From contig OX597814.1 of NCBI GenBank assembly GCA_951406725.2, forward strand, positions 32,984,001 through 33,048,000: 64,000 nt of DNA. Reading direction: 5' to 3'. The notes under the pieces were generated by a model. The model was not told the origin of the DNA and searched no databases. It saw nothing but the letters and a program-made list of their open reading frames with translations. Source of the DNA: Octopus vulgaris (Eukaryota). Of this stretch, positions 40,158-54,486 are shown one piece after another; position 1 is the stretch's first letter; each line of letters opens with the position of its first letter. The translations under genes were made by a program, and so were the position numbers.

Positions 40158-40440
40158 TCATAAAGATTCAACACCCAAGTACCAATCACAAAAACCAATA
40201 GAGCAGTTTTCCGATACAGCTGTCCGAAATGAGCAGTTTTTTTGGTGGGGCCTTCCCTTCCTTGATGTCAATTCCATATATCCGGCATATTTCTCGAACC
40301 TAGTTGTTAATGCTCCGAGTGCCACTAAAACTACTGTGATAATAGTTACTCGTACATCCTCAGGTATGAAAAATCTATGATCTTGTTCGTGCATCCCCAG
40401 GTATGGTAATATATATGATTTTCGGTCGTGCATCCTCAAT
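40158..40440 (-). pseudogene. Older decayed RLE-LINE fragment
   Basis: VTIITVVLVALGAL resembles VTIPVIVGALG of the adjacent element. Confidence 0.55.
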
Positions 40441-41879
40441 TATGGCAATATTTATGATTATTATTTCTGTTTGCAAAGAAAGGACGCTTGTTCGTGTCTC
40501 GTAAGATTTCAATGAAATTTCTTGTTTTATTTGGTATTCCAATCCTCATTGAACTGTTCACCAAGCTTGCTCGCTTTGCTTATACCGAGCTGGTTTGGCA
40601 AAAACTTCGCTCCTTAAGGGCGAATCTCGAGATATAAATTTCAAAATTTAATATTTCAAAATTAAAACAAGAGTATGGCTTCCCAACTGAAAGAAATTAT
40701 GGCTGTTGGAACAACGATTATGATATGATTTCCCACAATCAAATGACATGGTCAAGAGACAAATCACAGACAACAACAGCAACAGGAGCAGAAACTGAAG
40801 TGAGGAGCAGGAAACAATTAAAAATGACACAAGAACAACCTCCACGTACGTTTCGAACACCCATGCCAGTAACATCACTACTACCACCACCACTTTAAAA
40901 TCTATTAGCTACAAGTGCTTCTCATTAAAAACAAGGGAGCTGGAGTGAGCGACGCAGGCCCAGATAAAAAAAATGCTGAATTCCAACTTTGGAGATAAAC
41001 CTCTGTCGACTGTAAAAGACGCTTTGGCACAGCTGAGCTGAGATCTCCAAATAAACAGAAAGCTAAAGAAAGTGCAACAACAGCCTTCAGAAGTCAGTAT
41101 TTGTGGATAATTCTCACAGTGGTCGGAAATTGGTTAACAGAAAAATAGTAACGGTTCCACCCGAAGTAAACATATCCTTGCTGGTGGCAGTCGTGTTATA
41201 CGGCAAACAGCATAAAACACTCAATTCATATATAACACTCAAAGTCTACAAAACACTACAAAGTCTACAAAAAAGTCTACAAAAGTCTACAAAACATAAA
41301 TAACATTCAAAGTCTACAAAACTGAAAAGGAAAATTGGTCAGACACGGTAATGGAATTATAGATAGTTATTTTATCCTTTCACATTTCACACTTCCTGAC
41401 AATTCATCTTATTTTCTGACTAGATATTCACAAAAGAGAATCTATCTTCTAATTTTTACTACTGTCTATAGATTTACGGCTACAGTTTATCAGAACCAAC
41501 TTCAGACTGTGGCGATTGAACCTCATCTAATATATCATAACCAAGCAGTTAGAACGAACGGTTAGAAAACTAAACAAGCGAGCATAATTGGTAACTAGAA
41601 ATGTTTGATATCTAGAAAATGGGTGTATGTAATGTAGAAAGAATGGATTGACTCCAAAATGATAGACAAACGCTAGAAGAATAGACTAAAAATCACGACA
41701 CAAGGGAGGAAAATAGACCAGCACATACAAAAACCGGAGAACAAAGCTAATAAACACAACAGGCGAGATAATATAGATCAATAAACACAAACAGGAGATA
41801 TATAAACCAATAGATGCAACATGTATCATAAAGATAGACCAACAAACCAGCCAGAAGAAACAGCAGCCCTTTAGCGATA

Positions 41880-42262
41880 TTTCCATAGGCAAAACTCAGA
41901 TCAACGCGTGGTACAACCACTTCGAATATCGCTCCACCTCAGAGGAAAGCAAGGCACACTCAGGCAGGTCATCCACAGGCCGAAAGGAAGAGCCGACTGA
42001 GAAGGTACGGAAAATAGTCATGGAAGACCGTTGTGTATCAATCCAGGAAATGGCTCACGAAGTGGGAATAAGTACAGGATCAGCGCATTCCAAATTAGCG
42101 GAGGATCTGAGCACGCGGCGAGTGTCGATGAAATTCATCCCAAGATGCTGGCGGAGTAGCATAAGTAACTCCGCATAGAAATCGCTCAAGACATGCTGGA
42201 CTGTGCAAATCCCCATCCAGACTTCATGAAGACTGTCATCACTGATGAAAAGACATGGGTTT
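41880..42262 (+). pseudogene. mariner transposase fragment (HTH to first catalytic Asp)
   Basis: WYNHF..SGRSST..VMEDRCVSIQEMAHEVGISTGSAHS..RRVSMKFIPKML..FMKTVITDEKTWV, with in-frame stops. Confidence 0.85.
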
Positions 42263-42699
42263 GTGCTTTCTGCTCAATGCGTTCGCTCATTTAAACGAAC
42301 GTCTTACAAATTAACAGAATAAAAGTTCAGAATAATGGCTAAATAGTGAAAACTGACGTCAGAAAGAGAGGAACATCTACCGATTTAATGCAAGAGAGAT
42401 AGCTAAACTGGCACAAGTGATTTTGAAACAAATAAACGTGCGAGTCAATGAGTGAACGTTCTGGAGTAACCTGACCTGTTAAAGATAGCAACAAAATTTC
42501 TCTCAAATAACAGCCTAGATTTGTAAAGCTGGTAATGTAGCTTCATCATCCTAAAACAGGATGATGGTGATTGCAAGGTGTTTAGTCATACATGTTTTCG
42601 AAAAAGATTAACCTGGGATTGAGGTCAACCTGGGACATACGTCAAGATGCAATACGAATAGATGGAAAAGCTATGGTAAAGATAGAGATGATATTGACG

Positions 42700-42985
42700 C
42701 AGGAATAGGGGTGTGGTTAAGAAGCTATAATTGCAATCACATGGTTTTATATTCGATTCCACTGCACGACACTATGTGTTTTTCTATAACTTCGAGCCGA
42801 CCAATTTCATGTGGGCATTTTTGGTTGTCAGAAATTGCGTGGAAGCTTGTCTCCTCGTAAAGAGAAAGATAAAGTACCAGACTTTAAAAAATAAGTACTG
42901 GAGTCGTTTTGTTCGACTAAAACCCTTCAAAGTTGGTGCTCCAGTATGGCCACAATCCTATAACTGAAACAATTGAAAGATAAAG
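42700..42985 (+). mobile_element. Decayed family C SINE
   Basis: GGTGCTCCAGTATGGCC..ACTGAAAC tail and GCCGACCAA core. Confidence 0.65.
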
Positions 42986-43179
42986 TCTGATGCAACTCAA
43001 CACAACAAATGTAATGAAGACAAACTGATGGAACGGTTATCGGAGAGATAAAGTAAGAGTCAGAACTCGTAACAGAAAGATAAACCAATGTCAACAACGC
43101 ATGTAAGAAATATAGACCGAGAGGTAGAACACGTGTCAAAAAGAAAAACCATCAATAAAAGAAGCGGGGAAAAATAGTC

Positions 43180-43739
43180 GGATCTTTTCGGTTTGAACGG
43201 CAGTTTTTAACATAATTTCTAGGTAACTAAAACATTTGAAACTTTGTATACTGGTAGAATGTGTTTATAAAACATCTTTTTCTCTTGGCTTTAGTGAGAA
43301 AATTCTATAGTTTATAAGATATTTGTTGTTTTTTTCTTCAATTTCTGCAATTTCAACCAATTGTCACCCATAATTATGACCCTAGCATCGATCTATTGCA
43401 TTTCAATCTGTTTTAGGGTTAGGGTTAAGAGTGGGGAGAAGGGTATCTTTTTTTCTTCACAAATGTAAATAAACTCAATCTGTTTCTTAAACGAGGGACA
43501 TATTCATACGGCACAGAATTTTTTTACCTCAATTCTGTGCCGTATGAATATGTCCCTCGTTTAAGTAACAGATTGAGTTTATTTACATTTGTGAAGAAAA
43601 AAAGATACCCTTCTCCCCACCCTTAACCCTAACCCTAAAACAGATTGAAATGCAATAGATCGATGCTAGGGTCATAATTATGGGTGACAATTTCATATGA
43701 CACCGCTAGAAAAAGTTGCCGTTCAAACCGAAAAGATCC
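43180..43739. mobile_element. MITE with 23-bp TIRs and 8-bp TSD (possibly Merlin-type)
   Basis: TIR GGATCTTTTCGGTTTGAACGGCA at both ends; TSD AAATAGTC at 43172-43179 and 43740-43747. Confidence 0.9.
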
Positions 43740-44669
43740 AAATAGTCAATCATTTATTGCTTATGTGAGAAACCTGAACTAAAAGAGAGACGTGATTGAG
43801 ACAACCATAGTAATAGACAAAACGCTGTTCAGGACGATAGAAAGAATGAACGGTATTCACATGAGTTTAAAAAAATTGTCACAACAGAATGGATTTTGAT
43901 AGACTAGACAGATAATGTACATAAGAAAGATAGACGAAATATACACCAAAAGAAAATAGGCCATCATACAGTGGATGTCATAAAGACAGACAGAATAGTA
44001 AAGACATCAGAAGGTAAGTCAAACCGAGAGATACAAATATGAAAGACGAGCAAACAGCGGATAGGTAGACAGGCAGGGTGGAGGGGAGGAAAGTGTGACA
44101 AAGAGACAGACAGGCAGACGTACTGACCGACAGATGGACAAATATACAAAGGAGAGGGAGGAGAGAAATAAATCATCAACGAATGAAAGAAATGAATACA
44201 GAGAAAGGAAAGAAAGCAAGAAAGAAAAGAAAAGACGTTGGCACTGTTTGACAAAAGACCAGATTTAGAATTGTCTTCAAGCAAAGTTTTGTTGATGTGC
44301 TGAAGGTGGTGGTGGTGGTGGGGGGAGCGTTGTGACGGCGCAAAGGAAAGAGACGAGGCAGGAGGTGAGTAGTGAATGGTATGGTGTCTCGAACGACACT
44401 CGCATTTTACCTTAGAGCAACGTTTCCTATCTTGAAGCAGCCAGACGGTGATTGCTGGCCAACCGCTACCGCCGTCACTAACACTACCACCAACATATCG
44501 CTGCTATCACTACTGCTGCTGCTACTGGCGGCGGCGGCGGCAACGGCAAGAGTGGCGGCAAGAGCGGCAGTGACTGCTGCTGCCTCTTCTCCGACTGGTG
44601 TCAATACAACTATCACCACTATCGCTACTAACATTACCGTGGCACTACTACTACTACTAGTAGTAGTAA

Positions 44670-44723
<54 letters not shown>

Positions 44724-45632
44724 TACTGCTGCTGCTAATACTGCTACTGACGACGTGGGGGGGATGAGTATATTACCGTTATTACTACACCTATACTATT
44801 ACTATCGTTACTGTGACCACCACTCCTGCTGCACATTTTATGCAGCCGTTTCTGCCATTGCAGTTGCTGTTGTTTCTACTACAGATATTACAAGAACAAC
44901 AACTACTACTAATAATAATACTAATACTACTACTAATACTACTACTGCTGCTGCTGCTAATACTACTGCTAAGTAGATATATAGCCATGCGATTAGTGTG
45001 TGTGTGTGTGCTGTTCAAAACGTCCTGATTCATGTCCTTTTCTTTTAGGAGAGTCCACATCAAAGTCTGAATGGAACACCCAAAACTAGATTGCTAATTC
45101 TTATTTGGTCACTAATTCTAAATTAACTCGTAGATGTCCCACTAATCTCAAAATACCGCGTGGTAGGGACAACATGTGACTTTATGTACATGGACATGGT
45201 AAATTCGTCAAAGCAGTACCGAGTTCAGTGAAGAGTGATGAGCTACGATGCATAACACAAAAATGAAACCTTTGGTAGTGCCAATATGCTGCAATAGAAT
45301 TAATGTATTCGGTTTAACGTATACGACGTAATGTGTTTTTAAAAAAGGGTCCTGCAACTGTCTAGATTAAGGGAGTCACTACGACTGTCTTCGGCTCAAA
45401 AGATCATCTGGCTCACTACACAGACGATTAACAAGTCAACCATAATGCCAAAAAACAACTGGAAAACTTCGGCTTAGAAATGTTTGGTAATTGTGAACCT
45501 AATATTTCAGCTAAGAAATGTTAGGTTTACACTTACTGAAGTCAAGATAATGGAATTCCTTCAAGAAGAAACGAGTAAAGTTTGTCCTCTAAGGGTGAGT
45601 CAGAGAACGTGGGAGTTAACTATTCTTGTTTA

Positions 45633-45886
45633 AAAAAAAAATGCGCCCTTTTAAAGCTTAGCCAGGATCATGGGCCCAGTTTCCCGGTTTCAATGGCGTA
45701 TGTGTTCCCCATATGGACGGGACACCAGTCCATCGCAGCGTTACTCATTTTTACCAGCTAAGTAGACTGGAGCAACGGGAAATTAAGTGTTTTGCTCAAG
45801 AACACAACGCGTCGCCGGTCCAGGAATCGAAACCACAATCTTACGATCATGGTGCTGACACCCTAACCACTAAGCCACGCGCCTCC
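45633..45886 (-). mobile_element. tRNA-derived SINE, family E, with 14-bp TSD
   Basis: ACTATTCTTGTTTA at 45619-45632 and 45887-45900; head GGAGGCGCGTGGCTTAGTGG..GGTTTCGATTCC. Confidence 0.88.
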
Positions 45887-46237
45887 ACTATTCTTGTTTA
45901 GTTATTTATTTTTTATTTTCGTAACTTCACTGGATTGAATTTTGCTACTGTAGGCCACCAGTAACACTTTTAAACGGCAGCCCATTACTTTACAATTCAA
46001 TTCATTGCCTTTTTTACTCTTGCATATATAAAGGTGTTTAGATTCCCGATTTCTGCTGAAAAACAGGTAACGGTCAATGATATCCTTCAGAAAGATCTTA
46101 TTTACTGCAACACACCTGTGTCAACTTATCTGTAATTTGGTACGGTAGAATGGTATATTGTAGTGCTTATACGTAGCATTAGCTGTACTGTGAAATAGAT
46201 TGATAGTTTGGTAACTAGTGCTACCGATTTCAATTTC

Positions 46238-46613
46238 CTTTCTACTAATTTGGGGGGAGGAGGCCAGCCGATTATATCGACCCCAGTACACAACTGGTAC
46301 TTAATTTATCGACCGCGAAAAGATGAAAAGTCGACCTCGGCGGAATTTGAATTCAGAACGTAACGTCAGACGAAATACCTGTTTCTTTATTACCCACAAG
46401 GGGCTAAACATAGAGGGGACAAACAAGGACAGACGAACGGATTAAGTCAATTAGATCGACCCCAGTGTGTAACTGGTACTTAATTTATCGACCCCGGAAG
46501 GATGAAAGGCAAAGTCGACCTCGGCGGAATTTGAACTCAGAACGTAACGGCAGACGAAATACCGCTAAGCATTTCGCCTGGCTTGCTAACGTTTCTGCCA
46601 GCTCCCCACCTTC
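46238..46613 (-). mobile_element. Dimeric family A SINE with 15-bp TSD
   Basis: ACCGATTTCAATTTC at 46223-46237 and 46614-46628. Confidence 0.92.
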
Positions 46614-46649
46614 ACCGATTTCAATTTCTACCCAGGTAAAATAGAGTGG

Positions 46650-46988
46650 GTGGAGTCGCATGGCCTAGTGGTTAGAGCAGCGGACTCGCGGTCGAGGGAT
46701 CGCGGGTTCGAATCTGAGACCGGGCGATGTTTGTGTTTATGAGCGAAACACCTAAGCTCGACGCGGCTTCGGCAGAAGGTAATGGCGAAGTTCTGCTGAC
46801 TCTTTCGCTACAACTTTCTCTGACTCTTTCGCTACAACTTTCTCTCACTCTTTCCTCCTGCATCTTGCAGCTCACCTGCGACGGACCGGCGTCCTGTCCA
46901 GGTGAGGAACCTATACACCAAGGAAACCGTGAAACCCCGTTCCTATGAGTCAGGCATTGCTCGAGAAGGAACAAACAGCAACAATAAC
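46650..46988 (+). mobile_element. Family B SINE
   Basis: Homologous to 3950-4253; TSD AAAATAGA(G/A)TGG. Confidence 0.88.
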
Positions 46989-47096
46989 AAAATAGAATGG
47001 CGTCATAATCAGGAATAATATGATTAACACTGAGAAAGAAAGAGAGAGAAGGAGAGGTGGATAGGGAGGGAGAGAGAGAGAAAGGGAGAGGCAGAC

Positions 47097-47127
<31 letters not shown>

Positions 47128-47189
47128 GACATACAAGTACACAGAGCGATAGACAAATACATAGCTGTTTATATGTAATACTTTCACTC

Positions 47190-47580
47190 CAGGACGAGCT
47201 GGCAGTAACGTTCGCACGCCGGGCGAAATGCTTAGCCGTATTCCATCTGTCTGTACGTTTTGAGTTCAAATTTCGCCGAGGTTGACTTGCCGTTCATCCT
47301 TTCGGGATCGATAAATTAAATACCAGTTACGTTCTGGGGTTGATCTAATCGACTGGCTCCTCCCCCAAAATTTCGGGTCTTGCGCCTAGAGTAGAAAAGA
47401 ATTATAAGCACTCTGAGTTAAAATCCTACCGAGGCAACTTTCCTTTCATCCATTCAGGATTGATGAATGAAAAATAAGTAAAAACCCAGGACGGCAGATT
47501 GGCGGAAATAAAAGAACGTTGGACCGGATACTGTATTTCTCCCGCTCTTTGGGTTCTGAGTTCAAATCCCTCTGTGGCCT
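47190..47580 (+). mobile_element. Family A SINE (47190-47403) plus two further fragments
   Basis: GAGCTGGCAG head, CATCCTTTCGGGATCGATAAA core, tail GTAGAAAAGAATT. Confidence 0.8.
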
Positions 47581-47825
47581 GCTTGGGTGGCATTACTTAA
47601 TCTGTTGTCTGATTTAACATCACTACTTGGCCACGTGGTTGCCTTTAGCAGAGTTCACTATGATGCAAGCATTGGGGGTCATATCTCTGATTTGAAGACG
47701 ATATCCATCCTCCCTCTATACCCTCCAGTCTCTAAGGTCTTGTAAGGGTCACGGGTACTACTACCACCTACCCCGCAGACTAAAAGATAAAACAATGCTT
47801 TTATTTTCCACCACCACTTCCATTT

Positions 47826-47890
<65 letters not shown>

Positions 47891-48336
47891 TACTACTACT
47901 ACTATTACTATCCCGCCACCATCTCAAGAATATATCATTACCAGCATCATTCTCAGTCAGGGTTTTCTTTTTGTTTGTTACATCATCACTGTCCCCCAAA
48001 TCACTTGCTACTACCTCCATACCCTATGCTCCTCTTCCCCCTCTTATTAATGCTTACATTTCTTCCCTTTCTCCTCATCCTCCTCCTCTTCCTCCACCCA
48101 ATCATCATTATCATCATCATTATTTCCACTACCAGCACCATCACCACCCGACCATTATCACTACCCCCACCATCATCATCATTGTCATAGCTATGGGGAA
48201 GGTATCTTGGTGGACTTGCTACCTCCTAGAAATACCAACAAAAACCCTCAAATCTCACTTTCCCGTTTGAAAAAAAAATTATTGTCAATACCAACACCAA
48301 CCTAACTGACCATCCAACACAACTAGCGCTAACGCT

Positions 48337-48435
<99 letters not shown>

Positions 48436-49911
48436 AACTTCAACCGCTGCCACTAACATACCACTACTGCAGCTACCCTCACCTTAGCTACCTCTTTTTA
48501 AGCACTACTACCTCAACTAATACCCGCCACCATCTTTATCACAACCACTAATGCCAACACCAACACAACGCCAACACATCCATCGCAAACTCCAACAGTA
48601 ACACTACTCACGAACACAAGGAGTACCACTATTACTATCACCACAACACTGAACAGCAACTCCACCACTACCACCACCAACATCAATACAACAACCTATA
48701 CCACTGTTACTACTACTACTATCACCACTACAACTTTCACAACTGTCTTTCATTGCCACCGTTGCGACCATCACCACCACCACTACAACCTATACGAGCA
48801 GCAGTACCACCACCACCAACAACAACAACAACAACATCATCAACACAGCACCACCGACACCACCACCAACACCATCATCACCAATACATCATCACCAACG
48901 CCAAGGACCACCAACCCCGCCAAACGTGGCGCCACCATCACCACCACCAAGAGAAGCAACGCACTACCATTACACCATCATCACTACCACTGCCACCGCC
49001 CCAACAACATCATCAACACAGCACCACCGACACCAACACCATCACCGTCACCACTACCAACACCGCCAACACCATCACCTCCACCACTACAACCTATACC
49101 AACAGCAGTACCACCACCACCACCACCAATAACAACAACAATAACATCCTCAGCACAACACCACCGACACCACCAACACTATCATCACCAACGCCAAGGA
49201 CCAACCCCGCCGAACGTAACGCCACCATCACCACCACCAAGAACAGCGACACACTACCATTACACCATCATCACTACCACTACCATCGCCCCAAGAACAT
49301 CATCAACACAACACCACCGATGCCACCACCGTCACCACTACCAACACCGCCAAAACCATCACCACCAACGCCAACCACAACCGCCAACACCGCCAAAACT
49401 AATACCACCACCACCGCCGCCGCAAGCACCACCACTATCACCACCATCGCCACCGCTACCACCGCTACCACCGCCGCCGCCACCGCTACCGCCATCTTTT
49501 GTCGGATTGGCTACGACACAATTCATCATCTGCCTGTCGCTGGGAGCACATCTTGAGGCGAACTCTTTCGATTCGAGGAATAGTTGTTGAGTATTGAAGC
49601 GGGACGATATGGTACCAATGATCAAATGCCTAGAAGGGATAGAAAGGAAGTAGCACCTGCATCTTTTCTTTACTCAGTAGACACACACACACACACACTC
49701 ACACACAAACACTCACGTACGCAAACACACGCACGCGCGTGCGCACATACACGCATGTAAACGAATACAGTGTGACGCAACATACACTCAACTACTGAAC
49801 GCCAGAGAATTGCCACCGGTTATTTCAAGTATACACGCAAGCAGACGCACCACACAAAACATACAACACAAAGGCATATATATGCATATGTATATATGTA
49901 TGTATATATAT

Positions 49912-49945
<34 letters not shown>

Positions 49946-49946
49946 C

Positions 49947-49984
<38 letters not shown>

Positions 49985-49998
49985 ATATACAAACACAC

Positions 49999-50031
<33 letters not shown>

Positions 50032-50839
50032 ATGTATGGTCATATATTTATATACAGGCAAACATATGTATGCCTGTATGTAGGTAGGAAAATATAATTG
50101 TCTGTATGTGTGTATGTGTGTATGTGTATATGCCTCGTGTGCGAATATGCATTTGTGTATCTATTTTTTTCTATATAGTTTGTGTTTGATAAATACATAC
50201 GAGTATGCATGTGTGTATGTGTGTTTTTTGTCATATATTTATGCATAAAATTATATTTATATTTATATTTACCTCTCTATATATTTATATATATCTATGT
50301 GAGAGATAGGGGGGAAGAGAGGTGTCCATGCGCGCATGTGCACACGTGTGGTCATGTAAAATATATGGCATGTATATTCACAAATATATGCACACGCACA
50401 CACGCACAGACACACACATATGTATGCATGTTTGTGTGCGTGTGTGTGTGTATGTGTGGCTGGTGTTTGCATGTGTATATACCTCCTATCTTAAATACAT
50501 TTCTCTTTGTTGAAGCGCCATTTTCATGATGTTTTTCTAACCTTTATCGAACAGTTTCTTTTCATGTAACCAAATAAAACTTTCCTCTCTTGTCTCATCC
50601 TACTCCTATAACACGCCCTTCCTTTACCTCATATTCTTAGAATTGCAAAAATCACAATTTCGATAAATATAACTATATCATCATCATCTTCCTCATCATA
50701 AGTCTTAGGTGCAGTTATATAGTTAAGTAGTTCGCTTTGCAATCATGTAGTTTGGCTTCAGTCTTTTACTATAGCTACGAGCCGGTTAATACCTTGGAAG
50801 GGAATTTAGCAGACGACACAGTGTTGTAGCCCGTCGTAC

Positions 50840-53700
50840 ATCATTGAGGTTCGTCATGTCTCTGAAGACTGTCAGGTTATCAGCTTTACACTTTGTTTAT
50901 CCTGAGGTAGCTTCTTAGGTCAATTTTGGTATGGAATCCATAATTATAATGGTTGGCGTAAAAAATCAGGAGCCGGTGTAACTTTTGAATTCCGTGCAAT
51001 CTTCCACTCTTTAGCGTCTCTTGTCATTTAAAATTTAGACCACTGTACTCCAGTGAACACAGCACTATGCCACAATGAACAATCCTGAGCAAGATGCTCT
51101 CAAGGAGACTGCTCCATTCTACACATTTTTAAAGATTATCTTGAACGTTTCTTTGTATCCTTTTTTAAAAATTTTGGAACACCACGTGACCGAGCGCCAA
51201 CTAGTAGTTCACCAAATAAGGTCTGTTTGGGGAGTCTGGAGTTGTGTATGCGCACAAAATGTCCACTAAATCAAAGACGGAATTTTCTCACAAAAGCATA
51301 TATGTTTGACAAATTAGTCCTCTTGTGCACAGTCGTTTTGGAAATTTTACCCTGCCACCTGACAGACATGTTAGATAGAAGCAGTTAAGTTTTCTGGCTT
51401 GTCTTCGGTAAACAGTCAAGGCTTCACAGCCATAATCTCCACGACAACTTTGCATATGTCGAGTTTTGCTTTTTAGATATGGAATTTTTGTTTTGTTTTG
51501 TCTTTTTTTTTTTTTTTTTTTTTTTTTAGTTTTTGCACTGAAGACTGGTTTTGCTATTCTTGCGTTCACTTCATCCTCAATGGGAAAACTGACTGATTAT
51601 GAGACCGAAATTATCACAAGCTGAAGCAAATTGTCTATGCTGTATTGAAAATCTGCTTCAGTGTTTACATTCAGAGCATAATCCTCAGCAAAAAAAACCC
51701 TTGTGAAAGTGTTCTTGGCTTTGTCCTTGCTTTCAGGCAGTCTGTGTTAATAAAAACCCTTATCATATTTGTATTGATCTGGATGCCTTGTGTTTCATGG
51801 GAGAATGCATTCTGAAGAACTGCATTAAATATCAAGATGAAGATCATGGGTGCTAAAGTACAACCCTACTTCACTCTCTTGGAAAGGTACTGAGACTTTT
51901 CCATCATTCAAGACACAAGTGTGCATGCTATTGTGAAACTGATGTGTCATATTGATGCACTTGGGCAGTCAAACAAATTCCTTCATTATCTTCCAGATAA
52001 CTTGTTGGTTTATAGTATCAAAAGCCTTGGTGTAGAAGATTTGATTTTGTTTCTGACATTTTTCTTGAAGCTCTCTTGCAGCAAAGATCATGTCCATGGT
52101 CCCACGAGCTTTTCAGAAACCACCTTGACTCTTGGGAATAAGTTCAGAATTAAGTTGCTGTATGAACATAATCCGTGCTAGGATGCCAATGGCATGTGTG
52201 ATGAGCCCTTAAGTTTGTCACACTGTTGGATATTGTCTTTTCTGTTATAGAGGTGTACAGTGCAGGCATATTTGAATTCTTGTACAATTAGTTTGTGCTC
52301 TTACATTGTAGCGCGTTGTTTTATTCCTGTGTTACTATGTCAATAGATAGCAGGAATTGCATCAGACGCAGGGAGCTTTAGCTAGTTGTTTGATAACCAC
52401 TTGAATTTCACAAAGTGTAAATGGGTCACTGAATTGCTAGTTAATGGACATTTGGAGCAACCAGTTTATTACCTCTACAATAAAATGAGGGACAATTCTA
52501 GACGGTGTCAAAATATTCTACTAATCGCTGCGGTATCAGTGATTTCTCTGCAAATAAAGATGTGCCATCAGAGCTGAGTAGGGGCGGGCAGGTGCAGTTC
52601 TCAATATTTTAGGATCCATGTAAAATGTGGAACTCTTTATCGAAGCTTTTTATCTCACCTCGGTGCTGTATTTTTCAAGCTCGTTGCTGAAATCACTCAA
52701 TTTTCCATAGTGCGAAATTTGTATACTGATTCATTTCCTTATGCACTCTATACAAGAAACGTTTTATGCAACTGATTCTTCCTATTTAATAATTCAACGA
52801 TTTTATTAAACAAGTCTTGATGTTTGCGTTCTTTTTTCACTAACACTGCAAGTGAGAATGCATAGATAGTGTCCCGGAATTTGATCCATTCGTCCTCTGT
52901 GGAGAGATGTGAGCCACCCATTGTATCTAATGAGCGAGTTAGCGTAGATTCACTCTCAGGATTATTATTCTTGCGCCCGAGTTTGTTGCGGTTCGTTCAT
53001 CTGTCCTCAGGAACTCTGCATTTCTTTATTTTGAGTATGCACTTGGCTATCAATAGGCGATGGTCAGTTCAGCAATCAACACCACAAATGGATTGGTAAC
53101 ACATATGCCATGCCAAAACTTCTGCAGACAAATGACGTAGTGAGTCAAGTGCTGGTATTTAAAGCGGAGGTGTATCCAAGATGCACATCTGCTTTAAAAG
53201 TGAGTTTAAAAGTGGTGTCTGTCAGGAGTAACTGGTTCACAGTGCAAAGCTGGAGCAAAGCTTCATTGGTGGGATTGCAGTTTCCAAATCTATTAGTTCC
53301 TTTTGTCGGTAGTTTCAGAATCATAAACCGATCTCTTATGGCTTTTTAGGAGGACGGTGAGACATTTTGCTACGCTATTTTTCACCGTAAAAGCTATACC
53401 AGCTTCACACCTGTCACTTTATCTTTCTCTGGCCAGTAGATTGTGTAAACTGGTACGTTTTCTTTGAGCTGCCCAGTCTCTGGTAATCTTGTTTCGTTGA
53501 GAGCAGCTGTGTTATAGTAGTACTTTGATAATTCTCTACCAACAAGGCGTGATCCTCTTCGAAGTTTATCTAGTTGTTGTTTTAAGCAAAGTGCGTACAT
53601 TCCATGCACCAAGCTTCAGTGGTATATGGTGTGTCCTAATATTGAGACTTCAATATTAGGATCACGGTAGCCACGGTCTGCTGACTAAGAAGGAGTCAAG
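50840..53700 (-). mobile_element. Heavily decayed RTE (BovB-like) LINE
   Basis: APE N-terminus LVGRELSKY..AALNETRLPETGQLKE..YTIYW (53394-53612) and RT C-terminus YGCEALTVYRRQARKLNCF (51288-51569); many stops and frameshifts. Confidence 0.8.
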
Positions 53701-54099
53701 CAGCAATTTTGGGTACACCTTTTCTTGCCCCTTCCTGGTTCTTGGGAGGCGAGCAGTGAGTTCTTGTCACAGTTCCGTAAAATCATGCAGGGACTCGTGA
53801 GAGATTTTTGCATTTGTATTTTGTATACAAAACGCTCACCCAATCTCTCTTTTCTCGGTAATACTATTTTCAGTAGGTGCAATATGGTCGAATGGTAAGG
53901 AAGATTTCATGACAATTATGTTTCTATTCTTCTGTGTGGCATCCTGGGCGAGTGACATTTTCCAAAGCATCGGTTCGATGTGAATGGTACTGGGCAGACG
54001 GAAACTAAATGGAAGCTCGGGATGGAGTATGGCTGAGCTTTAAACGCCCAAACACATAACAGTGTCGCGCTGATTCCGTCTTAGCATTATATCAAGGGT

Positions 54100-54486
54100 G
54101 TGGAGGCGCAATGGCCCAGTGGTTAGGGCAGCGGACTCGCGGTCGTAGGATCGCGGTTTCGATTCCCAGACCGGGCGTTGTGAGTGTTTATTAAGCGAAA
54201 ACACCAAAAGCTCCACGAGGCTCCGACAGGGAATGGTGGTGATCCCTGCTGTACTCTTTCACCACAACTTTCTCTCACTCTTACTTCCTGTTTCTGTTGT
54301 ACCTGTATTTCAAAGGGTCAGCCTTGTCACTCTCTGTGTCACGCTGAATATCCCCGAGAACTACGTTAAGGGTACACGTGTCTGTGGAGTGCTCAGCCAC
54401 TTGCACGTTAATTTCACGAGCAGGCTGTTCCGTTGATCGGATCAACCGGAACCCTCGTCGTCGTAACCGACGGAGTGCTTCCTTCA
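54100..54486 (+). mobile_element. Family D SINE with 9-bp TSD
   Basis: ATCAAGGGT at 54091-54099 and 54487-54495. Confidence 0.9.

Noticed and set aside
48753-49556. 267-aa mucin-like Thr/Pro ORF
   Set aside because: Cryptic (CAC)n repeat, non-ATG start, no signal peptide.
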